From contig CAVUMF010000008.1 of the NCBI GenBank assembly GCA_963742545.1, positions 1,085 through 65,084 of the forward strand: a DNA stretch of 64,000 nt, in the 5' to 3' direction. Both the position numbers and the translations under genes were made by a program. The notes beneath the pieces were generated by a model. It saw only the letters and a program-made list of their open reading frames with translations. It ran no database searches and had not been told where the DNA came from. Positions 29,601 to 39,281 of the stretch are shown piece by piece; the stretch's first letter is position 1; each line of letters opens with the position of its first letter. Source of the DNA: an uncultured Verrucomicrobiae bacterium (GTDB lineage: Bacteria > Verrucomicrobiota > Verrucomicrobiia > Chthoniobacterales > UBA10450).

Positions 29601-30053
29601 GTTCTCCCAGCCCATCACGATGTTGTTGGGACCCATGCGATCCGAAATATCGTCGCGGGAAAGAGTCGCGGTGGTCGTGAGGCGTTTTGGCGGGCCGCCT
29701 TCGCCCGGCATGACGTAGACCTCGGTGTTGCCGTCGTAGTGCGAGGTGAAAGCAAGCTGTTTTCCATCGGGCGAAAAGTGCGGAAACGAGGTGTAACCGG
29801 GACCACTCGTCAGGCGCCGGGCCGTCCCGCCTTCGATCGGAACGGTGTAAAGCTCGCCTGCATAGCAAAAGACGATCTGTTGCCCGTTCGTCGTCGGGAA
29901 ACGGAGGAGCCGGGTGGTATCAGGAAGGTTTTGCCCGGACGCGACGCCGATCGGCAGAAAAATGGCGGTGAGCAGACAGAGGACGGTCGAGAGTCGAGAC
30001 GCAGTAGGCATGGTCGTGGTGATGAATGAGTTTCCAAACTGGGCTTTGAACAA
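26637..30053 (-). CDS. Tricorn protease homologue (S41B peptidase with beta-propellers and PDZ)
   Basis: 1138-aa ORF. N-terminus LLRFPTTNGQQIVFCYAGELYTVPIEGG..RLTSGPGYTSFPHFSPDGKQLAF, PDZ region, and a C-terminal S41 catalytic region (DVRGNGGG, SASDGDIF). Lys/Glu-rich insert at residues ~560-600. The start may be the ATG at 30011. Confidence 0.85.
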   Translation of the reverse strand: MFKAQFGNSFITTTMPTASRLSTVLCLLTAIFLPIGVASGQNLPDTTRLLRFPTTNGQQIVFCYAGELYTVPIEGGTARRLTSGPGYTSFPHFSPDGKQLAFTSHYDGNTEVYVMPGEGGPPKRLTTTATLSRDDISDRMGPNNIVMGWENTKPLIVFRSRRTSFNSFIGDLETVGLDADLPKQLPVPRGGFTSFSPDDSKMAYNRVFREFRTWKHYRGGMADDVWIYDFKTQTVENLTNNPAQDICPMWGPDNHIYFLSDRDNRMNLYSVDLATKETKQLTTFKDFDIKFPTIGKNSIVFEEAGYIWRYDLATGKSAPVPIDIKEDFASGRAAFLDASKHIESVDLAPDGQRAIVVARGDLFSVPMKDGAARALTKTSNAHERDAVWSPDGKWIAYNSDVTGENELYVRSQDGKGQPQQVTSHADTYYYQPIWSPDSKKLLWSDRLQRLRYVDVASKAVTEVAQDKVGEIESYDWSPDSQWIAWSQPELNQQPRAYLYSIASKKSVPVTDDWYSSGRVSFSDDGKYLMLSSSRDFKPSFGEEEFEAVYVDMQRVYLVMLSKDTESPLAPRSDEVGKAEKKDKEKSESGEKDGKKGDKTKKPVTVKVDTDGIQNRIVGLDIDPGNYKDLRLVDDRVFYLRRTVGDKGGNDGEEEGPGNQKWHLCSYSLEDRKETVLGDVNSYQISFDGKKMLVQIDKDYSIIDLPKDKLETKDHNIQLKGLDVIADRHAEWKQIYWEAWRQMRDFFYSPMMNGVDWKAMGNKYAALLPYVNHRNDLTYLIGELIGELNNGHSYVAGGERPETPRIPLGLLGAELSRDPASRAYRIDKILPGENWDKDTRSPLTAIGLNVKAGDYILAINGIAVSSLPNIYDALIGTADKQVVLRVNSKPTDAGARDVTVVPTADESPLYYLEWVQHNIDYVNKKTDGKVGYLHIPDMGQPGLNEFTKRYFPQIHKEGLIVDVRGNGGGFVSPLVIERLRRALVMVDMARNSVPQPNPPQTFLGPMVTLIDEFSASDGDIFPYRFKTLGLGKLIGKRTWGGVIGIRNPLPLIDGGQLFKPEFAPYSKDGKGWIIESHGVDPDIVVDNDPAKEFHGIDQQLDRAIEEVQTEMKTKGYHLPPIPPFPNRNPANGGSSSTNP

Positions 30054-30094
30054 ACAGTGCGCAACCGGGATTTTATCTTCGCTGGTTTTCCTCT

Positions 30095-30895
30095 ATGAGA
30101 CGATGCCGAGGGCCGTTTTTGTCTGGGAGCGAGGAACATGTTTCCCCGGAAGAAGTCTCGGCGGAGAGGAGCGTTGGTCGTTTTCGTCACCGACTCGTTA
30201 CATTGACAACGAAAATACCGGATGATAATTTCGCGCCAATTCGGTGGCGCCCATTGTTAGGCCGCACGAAGGAACCTCTGCATACGCTACTTGACAGTCA
30301 GGTCCTGGTTCTCAACCGCCTCTGGCAGGCGGTGAATGTCTGCTCGGCGCGTCGGGCTTTCACTCTCCTTTACCAGGGGCATGCCCAGGTTGTCTGGGCC
30401 GATCAGCAGAATAATTTCGCGACCCATGATTTTGACAGCTGGCGCGACTTTTCGGTCAGCGCGCCGGAATCCGACCACGAAATGGTGACCACGATCTCGT
30501 GGAAAATCCGGGTCCCGCGCGTGATCGTTCTCCTGCTTTTCGATCGGTTGCCGAAAAAGGAAGTGAAGTTCACGCGGCACAACGTCTTCGAGCGCGACAA
30601 CAACACCTGCCAGTATTGCGGAAAAATCTTCGAGCGCCACGAACTGAATCTCGACCACGTTTTGCCGCGGGATAAAGGCGGCCTGACGACTTGGGAAAAC
30701 GTGGTCTGCTCCTGCATCCCGTGCAACACGCGCAAGGGCAACCGCCTCCCGCACCAGGCGCAGATGACGCTCATCCGCAAGCCGAAGCGGCCGAAGTGGC
30801 GACCGTTCGTGCATGTGACCTTTAGCAGCCAGGGGCACGAAAGCTGGCGGCATTTTGTCGACCTCGCGTACTGGAACGTCGAGCTGAGCGACTAG
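30095..30895 (+). CDS. HNH endonuclease domain protein
   Basis: CQYCGK...LNLDHVLPRDKGGLTTWENVVCSCIPCNTRKGNR is the HNH motif. The conserved part begins near VLVLNRLWQ, so the true start is probably downstream of 30095 (for example TTG at 30254). Confidence 0.7.
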   Translation: MRRCRGPFLSGSEEHVSPEEVSAERSVGRFRHRLVTLTTKIPDDNFAPIRWRPLLGRTKEPLHTLLDSQVLVLNRLWQAVNVCSARRAFTLLYQGHAQVVWADQQNNFATHDFDSWRDFSVSAPESDHEMVTTISWKIRVPRVIVLLLFDRLPKKEVKFTRHNVFERDNNTCQYCGKIFERHELNLDHVLPRDKGGLTTWENVVCSCIPCNTRKGNRLPHQAQMTLIRKPKRPKWRPFVHVTFSSQGHESWRHFVDLAYWNVELSD

Positions 30896-31653
30896 GTGAC
30901 GCTTTCGCGCAAGGCGCGGTAGCGCTCCACCCATTCCTCTGTCAGGGCATCGGCCTGGCGGACAGTGCGCGGCGGTCCGAGGTCAAATCGGCGCGGAGGA
31001 CGAATGTGCAGGAAATCGAAAACTCGACTCACCGTTCCCGGATAGTCGGCACAAAGTTGCTCGTAGGTGATCGCAAGCGGATCGAGATCGTTGCGTTGGA
31101 AAAAGTCCGCCCACAGTTCCTCCGCGCGCGCCGCGCTGGCGACACATTGTTCGATTAGCTCGGGATCGAACGTGGCTTCCCCAATCACATTGTGCTCTTT
31201 GCCCGGGACCCAGAGATTTGTTTGCATCGCACGGGCTGTGGAGATCGCCTGCCGGAGCTTATCCTCCCGTGTTAATTGGATGCAACGCAGGCCTGGGAAG
31301 GCAGCATGCAGGAGTTCACGTTCGCTGAGGTCGCTTTCGAACTCTCCCGACTCGCGCAGACGGGAAACCAGTCGTTCCATATCCCACGATTCGATCCGGA
31401 AGCCGAAAACCCCGTTGGCGGTTGAAGCGCTCGTCATGAGACCGCGCAGATACGCGGCAAGATTTTGCGTCGCATCGAGACTGTATCGGGCTGCATATTT
31501 CTGGGCCAGTCGGTCGTGGAAATACTGCAGCGGCCGGCCTGCGAGGTGGGTTGCCTGCAGTGCGCCGGAGAGCAGGTGTGCCCCGGAGCGCGCCACCGCG
31601 CAAAGAGCGTAGCACTGGGTGGGGTGGAAAAGGTGCTGCAGCAGGCCGAACAT
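30892..31653 (-). CDS. Stf0-type sulfotransferase
   Basis: YALCAVARSGAHLLSGALQ (PAPS-binding loop context), GVFGFRI and the overall pattern match the Stf0 sulfotransferase family. Lies 27 nt downstream of nuoN. Confidence 0.65.
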   Translation of the reverse strand: MFGLLQHLFHPTQCYALCAVARSGAHLLSGALQATHLAGRPLQYFHDRLAQKYAARYSLDATQNLAAYLRGLMTSASTANGVFGFRIESWDMERLVSRLRESGEFESDLSERELLHAAFPGLRCIQLTREDKLRQAISTARAMQTNLWVPGKEHNVIGEATFDPELIEQCVASAARAEELWADFFQRNDLDPLAITYEQLCADYPGTVSRVFDFLHIRPPRRFDLGPPRTVRQADALTEEWVERYRALRESVT

Positions 31654-31680
31654 TCCGAACGTTCTCTGATGATTTTCTGC

Positions 31681-33135
31681 CTAACGAGGCTTGGAGATGA
31701 TGGCACGCTCTGCCGGCTGGTCAATCGCATTCAAAATAGGTTGCGGATAAACGCCGAGGACAAAGATGGCCGCGATCAAAATCGACATCGTCAGGCGCGA
31801 GAGCCCGCCCACCGGCACCGGTTCTGTCATTGCCGGCTCCAGCCAGTACATCGCCCGCACCACCTTGAGGTAGTAGTAAAAACCGCAACCGACCGTGATC
31901 ACACCGATCACCACGAGCAGCGTCTGATGTTGGCGGATCGCGGCGTCGAAGATGAAGAATTTTCCGAGAAAGCCGGCCGTGAACGGCACCCCCGCGAGCG
32001 AGATCATTCCGATCAGGAGTGCGAAGGCGAGAAACGGCGAGCGCTTGGCGAGCCCGGCGTAGTCTTCGATTTCATCGCCGGCGCTGTTCCCGACCACAAC
32101 CATCACGGCAAAAGAGAGCAGCGTCATGAGGAGATAGGCAACGAGATAGTATGCCACCGCTGCTCCAGAAAAGGCGACCACGCCGATGAGCAAATAACCC
32201 GCGTGCCCGATGCTCGAGTAGGCGAGCAGCCGTTTCAGGTTCGATTGCGGGAGGGCGGCGAAGTTGCCGTAGATGAGAGTCAGCGCGGCGATGACCATGA
32301 GCAAGCGCCCGACCTGTGGCAGCATGAGAAAGGGAGTGAGCACGCGCAGGAGAACGACGAATCCCGCCGCCTTCGAACCGACGGAGAGGAACGCGGTCAC
32401 GGGCGTCGGCGCACCCTGGTAGACATCCGGCACCCAAATTTGGAACGGGACGGCGGCGATCTTGAAACCAAGCGCGACGAGGACGAGCGCGATGCCAAAG
32501 AGCAGCGGGATCTGGTCGACTGCATGTGTTGTCAACAGCGAGCTGATGCGCGCGAGATTCGTCTCACCGGTCACGCCAAAAATCCAGGTGATGCCGTAAA
32601 CCAGGAAGCCGGTCGAGAGCGCGCTGAGGATCAAATATTTTACCCCGGCCTCGAGGGTCGTGGGGTTCCGTCGGGTGAAACTGACGAGCACATAGAACGA
32701 CATCGTAACGAGCTCGAGCGAGACGAAGATCATGATAAAATCGCTCGCTGACGCCATCCACATCAAGCCCACGCAAGTAAAAAGCGGCAGAATAAAAAAC
32801 TCGCCCAGGCCCGCATGCCGATTCGCCCCCGGCACGCCCATCCGAATGGCCGGCGCGTAATCGATCGCCATAACAAGAACCAGGATGGTCGTCACGAGGG
32901 CGAAACGTTTGAAGAAAATCGCGAGCGGATCAGCGGTGTAAAAACTCCAGAAACCCGTCGCACTCTCGGTTGGCGGCGGCGCGAGGAAGAAACTCGCCGC
33001 CAGGACCACGAGGAGCCCCGCGATTCCAGCGACAGCGAATCCGCGCCGGTCCGATGTGCCAGCGAACGCCTCCGCGAGGAGCAGCACCAGCCCCCAGAGG
33101 AGCAGGGCAATTTCAAGAGCGGGCGCCGGAATCAT
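31681..33135 (-). CDS. nuoN: NADH-quinone oxidoreductase subunit N
   Basis: 484-aa polytopic antiporter-like subunit. Last gene of the nuo cluster, overlapping the nuoM stop by 4 nt. Confidence 0.9.
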   Translation of the reverse strand: MIPAPALEIALLLWGLVLLLAEAFAGTSDRRGFAVAGIAGLLVVLAASFFLAPPPTESATGFWSFYTADPLAIFFKRFALVTTILVLVMAIDYAPAIRMGVPGANRHAGLGEFFILPLFTCVGLMWMASASDFIMIFVSLELVTMSFYVLVSFTRRNPTTLEAGVKYLILSALSTGFLVYGITWIFGVTGETNLARISSLLTTHAVDQIPLLFGIALVLVALGFKIAAVPFQIWVPDVYQGAPTPVTAFLSVGSKAAGFVVLLRVLTPFLMLPQVGRLLMVIAALTLIYGNFAALPQSNLKRLLAYSSIGHAGYLLIGVVAFSGAAVAYYLVAYLLMTLLSFAVMVVVGNSAGDEIEDYAGLAKRSPFLAFALLIGMISLAGVPFTAGFLGKFFIFDAAIRQHQTLLVVIGVITVGCGFYYYLKVVRAMYWLEPAMTEPVPVGGLSRLTMSILIAAIFVLGVYPQPILNAIDQPAERAIISKPR

Positions 33136-34622
33136 CGGTTGGCAGCGACGGGCGCTGAAAAAGTGGGCCGGAGCAATTGCAGGAGAGTGTTGGGAAAAAA
33201 GCCGACGATCATGGTCGCAGCGATGAGCAAAATGACCGGCAGTCGCAGGGTACGCGCAAGATCGGACGGCGCGCTCCGGCCGGGCAAACGTTCGTCGTTA
33301 GGCGTGCCCATGAAGATCGCCCGGTAGGCACGCAGCATGTAAACCGCAGAAATCACGACGCCCCAAAGCGCGAGCGCCGTCGCGACTTGGAAAAGATGAA
33401 AGCCCTCCCAGTCCGCACCGACGCGGAAGGCGCCGAAGAAAACCATGATTTCGCCCGCGAAATTCGCGAAACCCGGGAGCCCGATGGCGGCAAAAGTCGC
33501 AACGCCAAAAGCGAATCCCGCGAACGGCATTAGCTTGCCGAGACCGCCGAGATCGCTGAAGACCAGCGTGCCGGTCCGGCGCCGAATTTCTCCCGCGAGA
33601 GCGAAGAGCAGCGCGATGGAGATGCCGTGGGCAAACATCAGCACGGCAGCGCCGTTCAAGCCGATCAGATTGGCGCTCGCGATCCCGAGAAAGATGTAGC
33701 CCATGTGCATCACGCTCGAATAGCCGAGCATCCAATCGAGCCGTTTTTGCGCGATCGTGGCGAGGCCGACATAAATGATGTTGCCCAGCAGCAGGACGAC
33801 GAGCAGCGACCGCCAATGCTGCGCGCCTTCCGGCAGGAGCGGTAACGCGATCCGCAGCAACCCATAGAGACCGAACTTTTTCAAAACACCGGCGTGCAAC
33901 ATCGCGGCCGGGGCGGGCGCAGAGGCATAGGCTTCCGGCGCCCAGGTATGAAATGGGAAGAGCGAAATCAAAACGCCAAACCCGATGAGGAGGAGAAAGA
34001 AGATTTGATTTTGCGCGGACGCGGCAATGCCGCCATTGGCCGCGACGGCTTGCAGCGCGCGAAGATCAAAGCTGCGCAATGCCGGCGGCACGCTGCGATA
34101 GAGCAGGATCAATCCGAGAAGCAAAACGAAGCTGCCGAGTCCGAGGTAGATTGTCACCTTCCATGCAGCCGCGAAGCGATTTCCCGAGCCCCAGATGCCG
34201 ATGAGGAGAAAAGTCGGAATCAAGGCAAGCTCGTGAAAGGCGTAGAAGAAAAACAGATCGAGCGAAGCGAAGGCGCCAATCGCCCCGCTCGCGAGAAAGA
34301 GGAGACAGGCATAAAATAACCGCTCCGATTTTTCGATCGGCGGCGTAAACCAGACCGCGCAGAGCAGGACGAGCGCGGCGAGGAAAAGCATGATCAGGCT
34401 GAGTCCATCCGCGCCTAACAAAAAATTGAGGCGCCAGCTTTCGCTGATCGGGAAGGACGTGACGAACTGAAACCCGCCCGGGACGGATTGGTAAAGAAAG
34501 AGGGTGACTAAGGTCGCGAGCGCAGTCGCCGCCGCGCCAAGCAGCGCCGTGAAGCGCGCCGGCGTGCCGACCAGAATCAGCAGCGCCGTCAGGAGCGGCG
34601 CGAAAACAATGAAGAGCAGCAT
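33132..34622 (-). CDS. nuoM: NADH-quinone oxidoreductase subunit M
   Basis: 496-aa antiporter-like subunit (HTWAPEAYASAPAPAAMLHAGVLKKFGLYG). Confidence 0.9.
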   Translation of the reverse strand: MLLFIVFAPLLTALLILVGTPARFTALLGAAATALATLVTLFLYQSVPGGFQFVTSFPISESWRLNFLLGADGLSLIMLFLAALVLLCAVWFTPPIEKSERLFYACLLFLASGAIGAFASLDLFFFYAFHELALIPTFLLIGIWGSGNRFAAAWKVTIYLGLGSFVLLLGLILLYRSVPPALRSFDLRALQAVAANGGIAASAQNQIFFLLLIGFGVLISLFPFHTWAPEAYASAPAPAAMLHAGVLKKFGLYGLLRIALPLLPEGAQHWRSLLVVLLLGNIIYVGLATIAQKRLDWMLGYSSVMHMGYIFLGIASANLIGLNGAAVLMFAHGISIALLFALAGEIRRRTGTLVFSDLGGLGKLMPFAGFAFGVATFAAIGLPGFANFAGEIMVFFGAFRVGADWEGFHLFQVATALALWGVVISAVYMLRAYRAIFMGTPNDERLPGRSAPSDLARTLRLPVILLIAATMIVGFFPNTLLQLLRPTFSAPVAANR

Positions 34623-36418
34623 CAGCGGAAAATGGTCAAGTAAATGAGCCCGATGACTCCGAGCCCGAAGAGGAAGGCATAAGCCTGCAGGTTGCCGACC
34701 TGGAGCAAACGAAGGAGGAATCCGCTGCCGAAGGTTCCGCCGCTCAGGCCGCGAACGATCGCGCCATCGAGAATCCAGCGATCAATGAATCCAGAAAGCG
34801 ACGCGAGCAGACCCTGCGTCCAGCGGATCAGCCAGCCGTAAAACTCGTCGATGTAAAAGCGGTTCCGGAAAAGGGCGATGTCGAGCGGTTCGCTCTTCCG
34901 ATTCCGATAGAGCAGAGCGGCGCCGAAGACTCCGAGCAGAACCGAAGCAAAGGCGATCATCGGCACCGCCATGGTCCGCTCTTTTTCGTTAGGCAAGACC
35001 AGGAAACGCGAGGCGAAAAATGCGTAACCGCCGATGGCTGCCGGAACGGCAAGAATCACGAGTGGAATAGTCATGATCGCGGGCGATTCACCGCCATGGG
35101 CCGCGCCCTCGCTCCGCGGCGATCCGAAGAAGGTCACGATCACGAGGCGCGTCATGTAGAACGCGGTCAGGAGCGCGGTGAATGTACCGAGCGCAAAAAT
35201 CGGCAGGCTGCGCTGATAGGCCAGCCCGAGGATCGCGTCCTTGCTGAAGAATCCGCTGAAGCCGGGGAAGCCGATGAGCGCGAGTGTGCCGACGAGGAAG
35301 GTGAGAAAGGTGATTGGCAGGCGCTTGGCCAGCCCGCCCATTCGCCACATGTCCTGCTCGTGATGCAGCATGTAGATGATCGAACCGGAGCCGAGAAAGA
35401 GCAGCGCCTTGAAAGCGGCGTGGGTAAAAAGATGAAACATCGCCGCCCGACCCGAAGCGAGACCAACCGCCATCACCATGTAACCGAGCTGCGAGAGGGT
35501 GGAGTAGGCGAGGACGCGTTTGATGTCGTTCTGCTGCGTCGCCATCAAGGCCGCGAGCAGGGCCGTGATCGTGCCGATCCAGGCGATCACCTCGAGCGCG
35601 CCGCTCGATGCATCGATCAAAAACCCAACCCGGACCAGCATGTAAACGCCCGCCGCTACCATCGTCGCCGCATGGATGAGCGCGGAAACTGGAGTCGGAC
35701 CTTCCATCGCGTCGGGCAGCCAGACGTGGAGTGGAAATTGGGCAGATTTGCCGACCGCGCCGCAAAAGACGAGCAGCGCGGCCGCCGTCAGATAGCCGGG
35801 ATGATGAGCAAATCTCCCCATGCCGTCTGCGATGTCGGCGAAAACAAACGAACCGGTCGCGGTCCAGACCATCAGGATCCCGAGCATGAAACCGAAGTCG
35901 CCGATCCGGTTGGTGATGAATGCCTTCTTCGCGGCCTCGGCCGCGGAGGCGCGTTCGAACCAATGCCCGATGAGCAGATAGGAACTGACTCCGACCAGTT
36001 CCCAAAAAATGAACATCATGACGAAGTTGTTCGCCAGCACGATGCCGATCATCGCGAACATGAAGAGCGAGAGTCCGGCGAAATAACGCGACTTGCCCTC
36101 GTCCTGGCCCATGTAGCCCAACGAATAAATGTGAATGACGGAGCCGACTCCCGTGACCATGAAAAGCATCGAACGGCTCACCGGATCGAGCATGAAACCA
36201 AGCGGGACGGAGAAGAGAGGCGCGAGATTGATCCACGAGACAACCGGCGCGGCAGCGGTTTCCCGGAAGAAGATGAGACAGGCGCAGATGAAACTTCCGA
36301 GCACCGCCGCGACCGAAACAAACGCGCTCAAGGTCCGCATCTGCCGGGTCGCGATCATGATGACGAACACAGCCGCGAGCGGCAGGAGCAGTGCGATCCA
36401 GGGCAGAGCGGAAGTCAT
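34622..36418 (-). CDS. nuoL: NADH-quinone oxidoreductase subunit L
   Basis: 598-aa antiporter-like subunit (WELVGVSSYLLIGHW, LHVWLPDAMEGPTPVSALIHAATMV). Confidence 0.9.
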   Translation of the reverse strand: MTSALPWIALLLPLAAVFVIMIATRQMRTLSAFVSVAAVLGSFICACLIFFRETAAAPVVSWINLAPLFSVPLGFMLDPVSRSMLFMVTGVGSVIHIYSLGYMGQDEGKSRYFAGLSLFMFAMIGIVLANNFVMMFIFWELVGVSSYLLIGHWFERASAAEAAKKAFITNRIGDFGFMLGILMVWTATGSFVFADIADGMGRFAHHPGYLTAAALLVFCGAVGKSAQFPLHVWLPDAMEGPTPVSALIHAATMVAAGVYMLVRVGFLIDASSGALEVIAWIGTITALLAALMATQQNDIKRVLAYSTLSQLGYMVMAVGLASGRAAMFHLFTHAAFKALLFLGSGSIIYMLHHEQDMWRMGGLAKRLPITFLTFLVGTLALIGFPGFSGFFSKDAILGLAYQRSLPIFALGTFTALLTAFYMTRLVIVTFFGSPRSEGAAHGGESPAIMTIPLVILAVPAAIGGYAFFASRFLVLPNEKERTMAVPMIAFASVLLGVFGAALLYRNRKSEPLDIALFRNRFYIDEFYGWLIRWTQGLLASLSGFIDRWILDGAIVRGLSGGTFGSGFLLRLLQVGNLQAYAFLFGLGVIGLIYLTIFR

Positions 36419-36432
36419 CGCGACCCTCCTTT

Positions 36433-36557
36433 TGTCATCCCGATCCGGCGAAGCGCGGAGAGGGACCCTGCAACTGCAGTTTGTGTTTTCTTTGAAGCGG
36501 GGAACGTGGATTGCAGAAGGGAGGTCCCTCCTCGTCCTCCGGCGGCTCGGGATGACA
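36433..36557. repeat. 125-nt imperfect palindrome in the nuoL-nuoK spacer
   Basis: Outer arms tgtcatcccga (36433-36443) and tcgggatgaca (36547-36557). Inner arms ggagagggaccctgcaa / ttgcagaagggaggtccctcc. Confidence 0.7.
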
Positions 36558-36601
36558 GGTCTGGCGGGCGCTCGGAATAACTTCCAGATTTCATTTCCGG
36601 T

Positions 36602-36922
36602 TCAAAACTTCAATGTGTTGATGTCCTCGACATGCGTCGTCCGGCGCGCGCGGTAGAGCGCGACGATGATGGCGAGACCCACCGCCACTTCCGCCGCCGC
36701 GACGGTAATGATGAAGAAAACAAAAACCTGCCCGTGATAGTTGGGCAGGCCTGACGAATCAACCCGGAAACGCGAAAAGGCGACGAGCGAAAGATTGGAC
36801 GCGTTCAGCATCAGCTCGAGCGACATGAAGATGATGATGATATTCCGGCGCAGCAGCACGCCGGCGAAACCAATCGTGAAGAGGAGCCCGCTCACGAAGA
36901 GGTAATCGCCCAGCGTGACCAT
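36602..36922 (-). CDS. nuoK: NADH-quinone oxidoreductase subunit K
   Basis: 106-aa, 3-TM ORF with [10 protein letters not shown] and [11 protein letters not shown] motifs. Confidence 0.9.
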   Translation of the reverse strand: MVTLGDYLFVSGLLFTIGFAGVLLRRNIIIIFMSLELMLNASNLSLVAFSRFRVDSSGLPNYHGQVFVFFIITVAAAEVAVGLAIIVALYRARRTTHVEDINTLKF

Positions 36923-36924
36923 CT

Positions 36925-37428
36925 TCAGCGCAGCTCCCGCTTGCTCAGCACAATCACGCCGATGGTCGCAACGAGAATGAGCACGCCGATGATTTGGAAC
37001 GGCAGATTGTAATTTCCGAAGAGAAGAAGACCGACGCTGTGCACGTCATCATGGGATGCTGCCGACAGCGCCGGGAAGGGAAGCTTCGCCTGCCGGAGAT
37101 GTCCAATAACGAGATAAAGCTGCCCGAAAAAAATGACCGCCACGGCGGCGCCGCCGGCGAAGGCGACGAAGTTGATCCGGCGCCGTTCCTCCGCCCGCAG
37201 ATCGAGGAGCATGATGATGAAGAGGAACAGCACCATGACCGCGCCGGCGTAGACCAGCACCTGGATGACGCCGATGAAGAAGGCGTCGAGTGACACGAAG
37301 AGAGCGGCGAGTCCGAGAAAAGAAACGACCAGACTAAGCGCGCTCGCCACCGGGTTGCGGTTGATAATGACCGCTGCGCCGAAAATCAGCATGAGCGCGG
37401 AAGCGATCCAGAAGAAGATGGGCGACAT
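36925..37428 (-). CDS. nuoJ: NADH-quinone oxidoreductase subunit J
   Basis: 167-aa ORF with [17 protein letters not shown] and [14 protein letters not shown] motifs. Confidence 0.85.
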   Translation of the reverse strand: MSPIFFWIASALMLIFGAAVIINRNPVASALSLVVSFLGLAALFVSLDAFFIGVIQVLVYAGAVMVLFLFIIMLLDLRAEERRRINFVAFAGGAAVAVIFFGQLYLVIGHLRQAKLPFPALSAASHDDVHSVGLLLFGNYNLPFQIIGVLILVATIGVIVLSKRELR

Positions 37429-37505
37429 GACAATTAAGGTTCAGCCTTCAGTTTCAGAAGTGAGACCTTACGTCGCAGGATGATTCTGAACCCTGAACCC
37501 TTGCC

Positions 37506-38036
37506 TCATTTCCTCTCGTTCCATTTCAAGACCAAGCCGTGCAGGACGCCGCCGATCTCGATCAGCTTCTGCTTGTCATGCACCATTTCCGCGCGAGTGA
37601 AGCCGGTGATGGCGTAATCTTTCCGGAGAAAAATCGCCTGCTCCGGGCAGACCTCTTCGCACATTCCGCAGTAAATGCAGCGGATCATGTCGATGTCGAA
37701 TTCCTCGGGATATTTTTCGACCTTGGCAAAGCGGTCGCCGGCCGGAATCTCTCCCGGCACAATCCTGATCGCGCGCGGCGGACAGATGAACTCACAGAGC
37801 TGACAGGCGACGCAACGGACGCGGTCCTCTTCGTCCTTCACCAGGGCCGGTGCGCCGCGATAATGGTCCGGCAGGTGGCTGTCCCACTTTTGCTCCGGAT
37901 ATTGCATCGTCACATGGGTGCGCCCGGTGAGCATGTTTTTCAGATGCCGAAAGGTGATCGCCATTCCGCTCAGGATGGCCGGGAAGTAGATCTTCTCCGA
38001 CCAGCTCAGGTTTGGACGTCGAACGGTGATGGCCAT
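37506..38036 (-). CDS. nuoI: NADH-quinone oxidoreductase subunit I
   Basis: Two 4Fe-4S motifs, CVACQLCEFICP and CIYCGMCEEVCP. Start set at MAITVRRPN; the upstream part of the ORF covers an intergenic palindrome. Confidence 0.9.
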   Translation of the reverse strand: MAITVRRPNLSWSEKIYFPAILSGMAITFRHLKNMLTGRTHVTMQYPEQKWDSHLPDHYRGAPALVKDEEDRVRCVACQLCEFICPPRAIRIVPGEIPAGDRFAKVEKYPEEFDIDMIRCIYCGMCEEVCPEQAIFLRKDYAITGFTRAEMVHDKQKLIEIGGVLHGLVLKWNERK

Positions 38037-38060
38037 GATCAGATGGAGCGGCTTTTCTGA

Positions 38061-38129
38061 AATGTGGGAGCCGCCTTGGCGCGGCGATCGGCTGCGCGAA
38101 GATCGGGGCGCCAAGGCCCCTCCCACATT
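38061..38129. repeat. 69-nt imperfect palindrome in the nuoH-nuoI spacer
   Basis: Arms aatgtgggagccgccttggcgc (38061-38082) and gcgccaaggcccctcccacatt (38108-38129), with 2 mismatches. Confidence 0.75.
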
Positions 38130-38148
38130 GCAGTTAAGGCACCTTTCT

Positions 38149-39258
38149 TCATTTTGGCATGTAAGCGACGATGATCGCGGCGAGGAAAATGTTGGCGAGC
38201 GCGATTTCGAAAAAGAAGACCCAACCAAGGCGCATCAACTGATCGTAACGGAAGCGCGGCAGGGTCCAGCGCACCCAGATGAAGAAGAGCAGCAGCAGAG
38301 TGACCTTGGCGAAAAAGGTCAGGATGTTGAAGAGCCCGCCGAGCACTCCGCGCCAGCCGCCTAACGAGCCGTCGACCAGCGCCCAGTGCAAGCCCTGGGC
38401 GTGATTCCACCACGGAATCGGCAGATGCCAGCCGCCAAGGAAGAGTGTCACAATGATGGCTGAGCCGGTGATCATGGCGGCGTATTCGCCGAGAAAAAAG
38501 AGGGCGAATTTCATCGAGCTGTATTCGGTATGATAGCCGCCGACCAGTTCCGTTTCGGCCTCGGGGAGATCGAACGGCAGCCGGTTTGTCTCCGCGAAAA
38601 TCGCGATTGTGAAAACGACAAAGGAGATAAACATCGGGATGGCGAGAAGCCATTTCCAACCGTTGGCCCAATCGCCGATGAAAGGCGCGATCATCCAGCC
38701 GTGCTCGATCTGGTACTGGACGATATTCGTCAGGCGAAGCTGCCCGACAAGAAGGAAAATCGGGATCACGGCCAGGCCCAACGACAACTCGTAGGAAATC
38801 ATCTGCGAGCTGGAGCGGACGCCGCCGAGGAACGGATACTTTGAGTTCGACGACCAGCCCGCGATGACAATGCCGTAAACGCCTAACGAGGCGATGGCGA
38901 AAACGTAGAGGACGCCGACGTTGATATCGGCGATCACCATCGGCACGCCCAGGAGGGTGCTCCCGAACGGCACGACCGCGATCGTCATGATGGCTGGCAC
39001 CATTGCGAGGCAGGGGGCCAGCCAGTAGTAGAAAGTATTCACATTGGCCGGCGTAAAATCCTCTTTCAGGATGAACTTCATCGCGTCGGCGATCGGCTGG
39101 AAAAGTCCGGCTGGTCCGACGCGATTCGGTCCGAGCCGATCCTGGATCAACGCGCTCACCCGGCGTTCCGCATAAACGCTGTAAGAGACCATTGGAAGAA
39201 TGATGAGAAAGACGATTCCGATGATCTTTGCCAGTGAGGTGAGGATAAGAAAAGTCAT
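38149..39258 (-). CDS. nuoH: NADH-quinone oxidoreductase subunit H
   Basis: 369-aa ORF with [20 protein letters not shown] and [27 protein letters not shown] motifs. Confidence 0.9.
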   Translation of the reverse strand: MTFLILTSLAKIIGIVFLIILPMVSYSVYAERRVSALIQDRLGPNRVGPAGLFQPIADAMKFILKEDFTPANVNTFYYWLAPCLAMVPAIMTIAVVPFGSTLLGVPMVIADINVGVLYVFAIASLGVYGIVIAGWSSNSKYPFLGGVRSSSQMISYELSLGLAVIPIFLLVGQLRLTNIVQYQIEHGWMIAPFIGDWANGWKWLLAIPMFISFVVFTIAIFAETNRLPFDLPEAETELVGGYHTEYSSMKFALFFLGEYAAMITGSAIIVTLFLGGWHLPIPWWNHAQGLHWALVDGSLGGWRGVLGGLFNILTFFAKVTLLLLFFIWVRWTLPRFRYDQLMRLGWVFFFEIALANIFLAAIIVAYMPK

Positions 39259-39281
39259 GTCCAGTCAGCGCGCCGAGTGCA

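Noticed and set aside
30095-31653. HNH endonuclease plus Stf0 sulfotransferase as a two-gene defence or modification system
   Set aside because: The genes are convergent and overlap only at their 3-prime ends, so they are not co-transcribed. No methylase, ATPase or other partner typical of defence islands is present. Stf0 appears to be appended to the nuo transcript.
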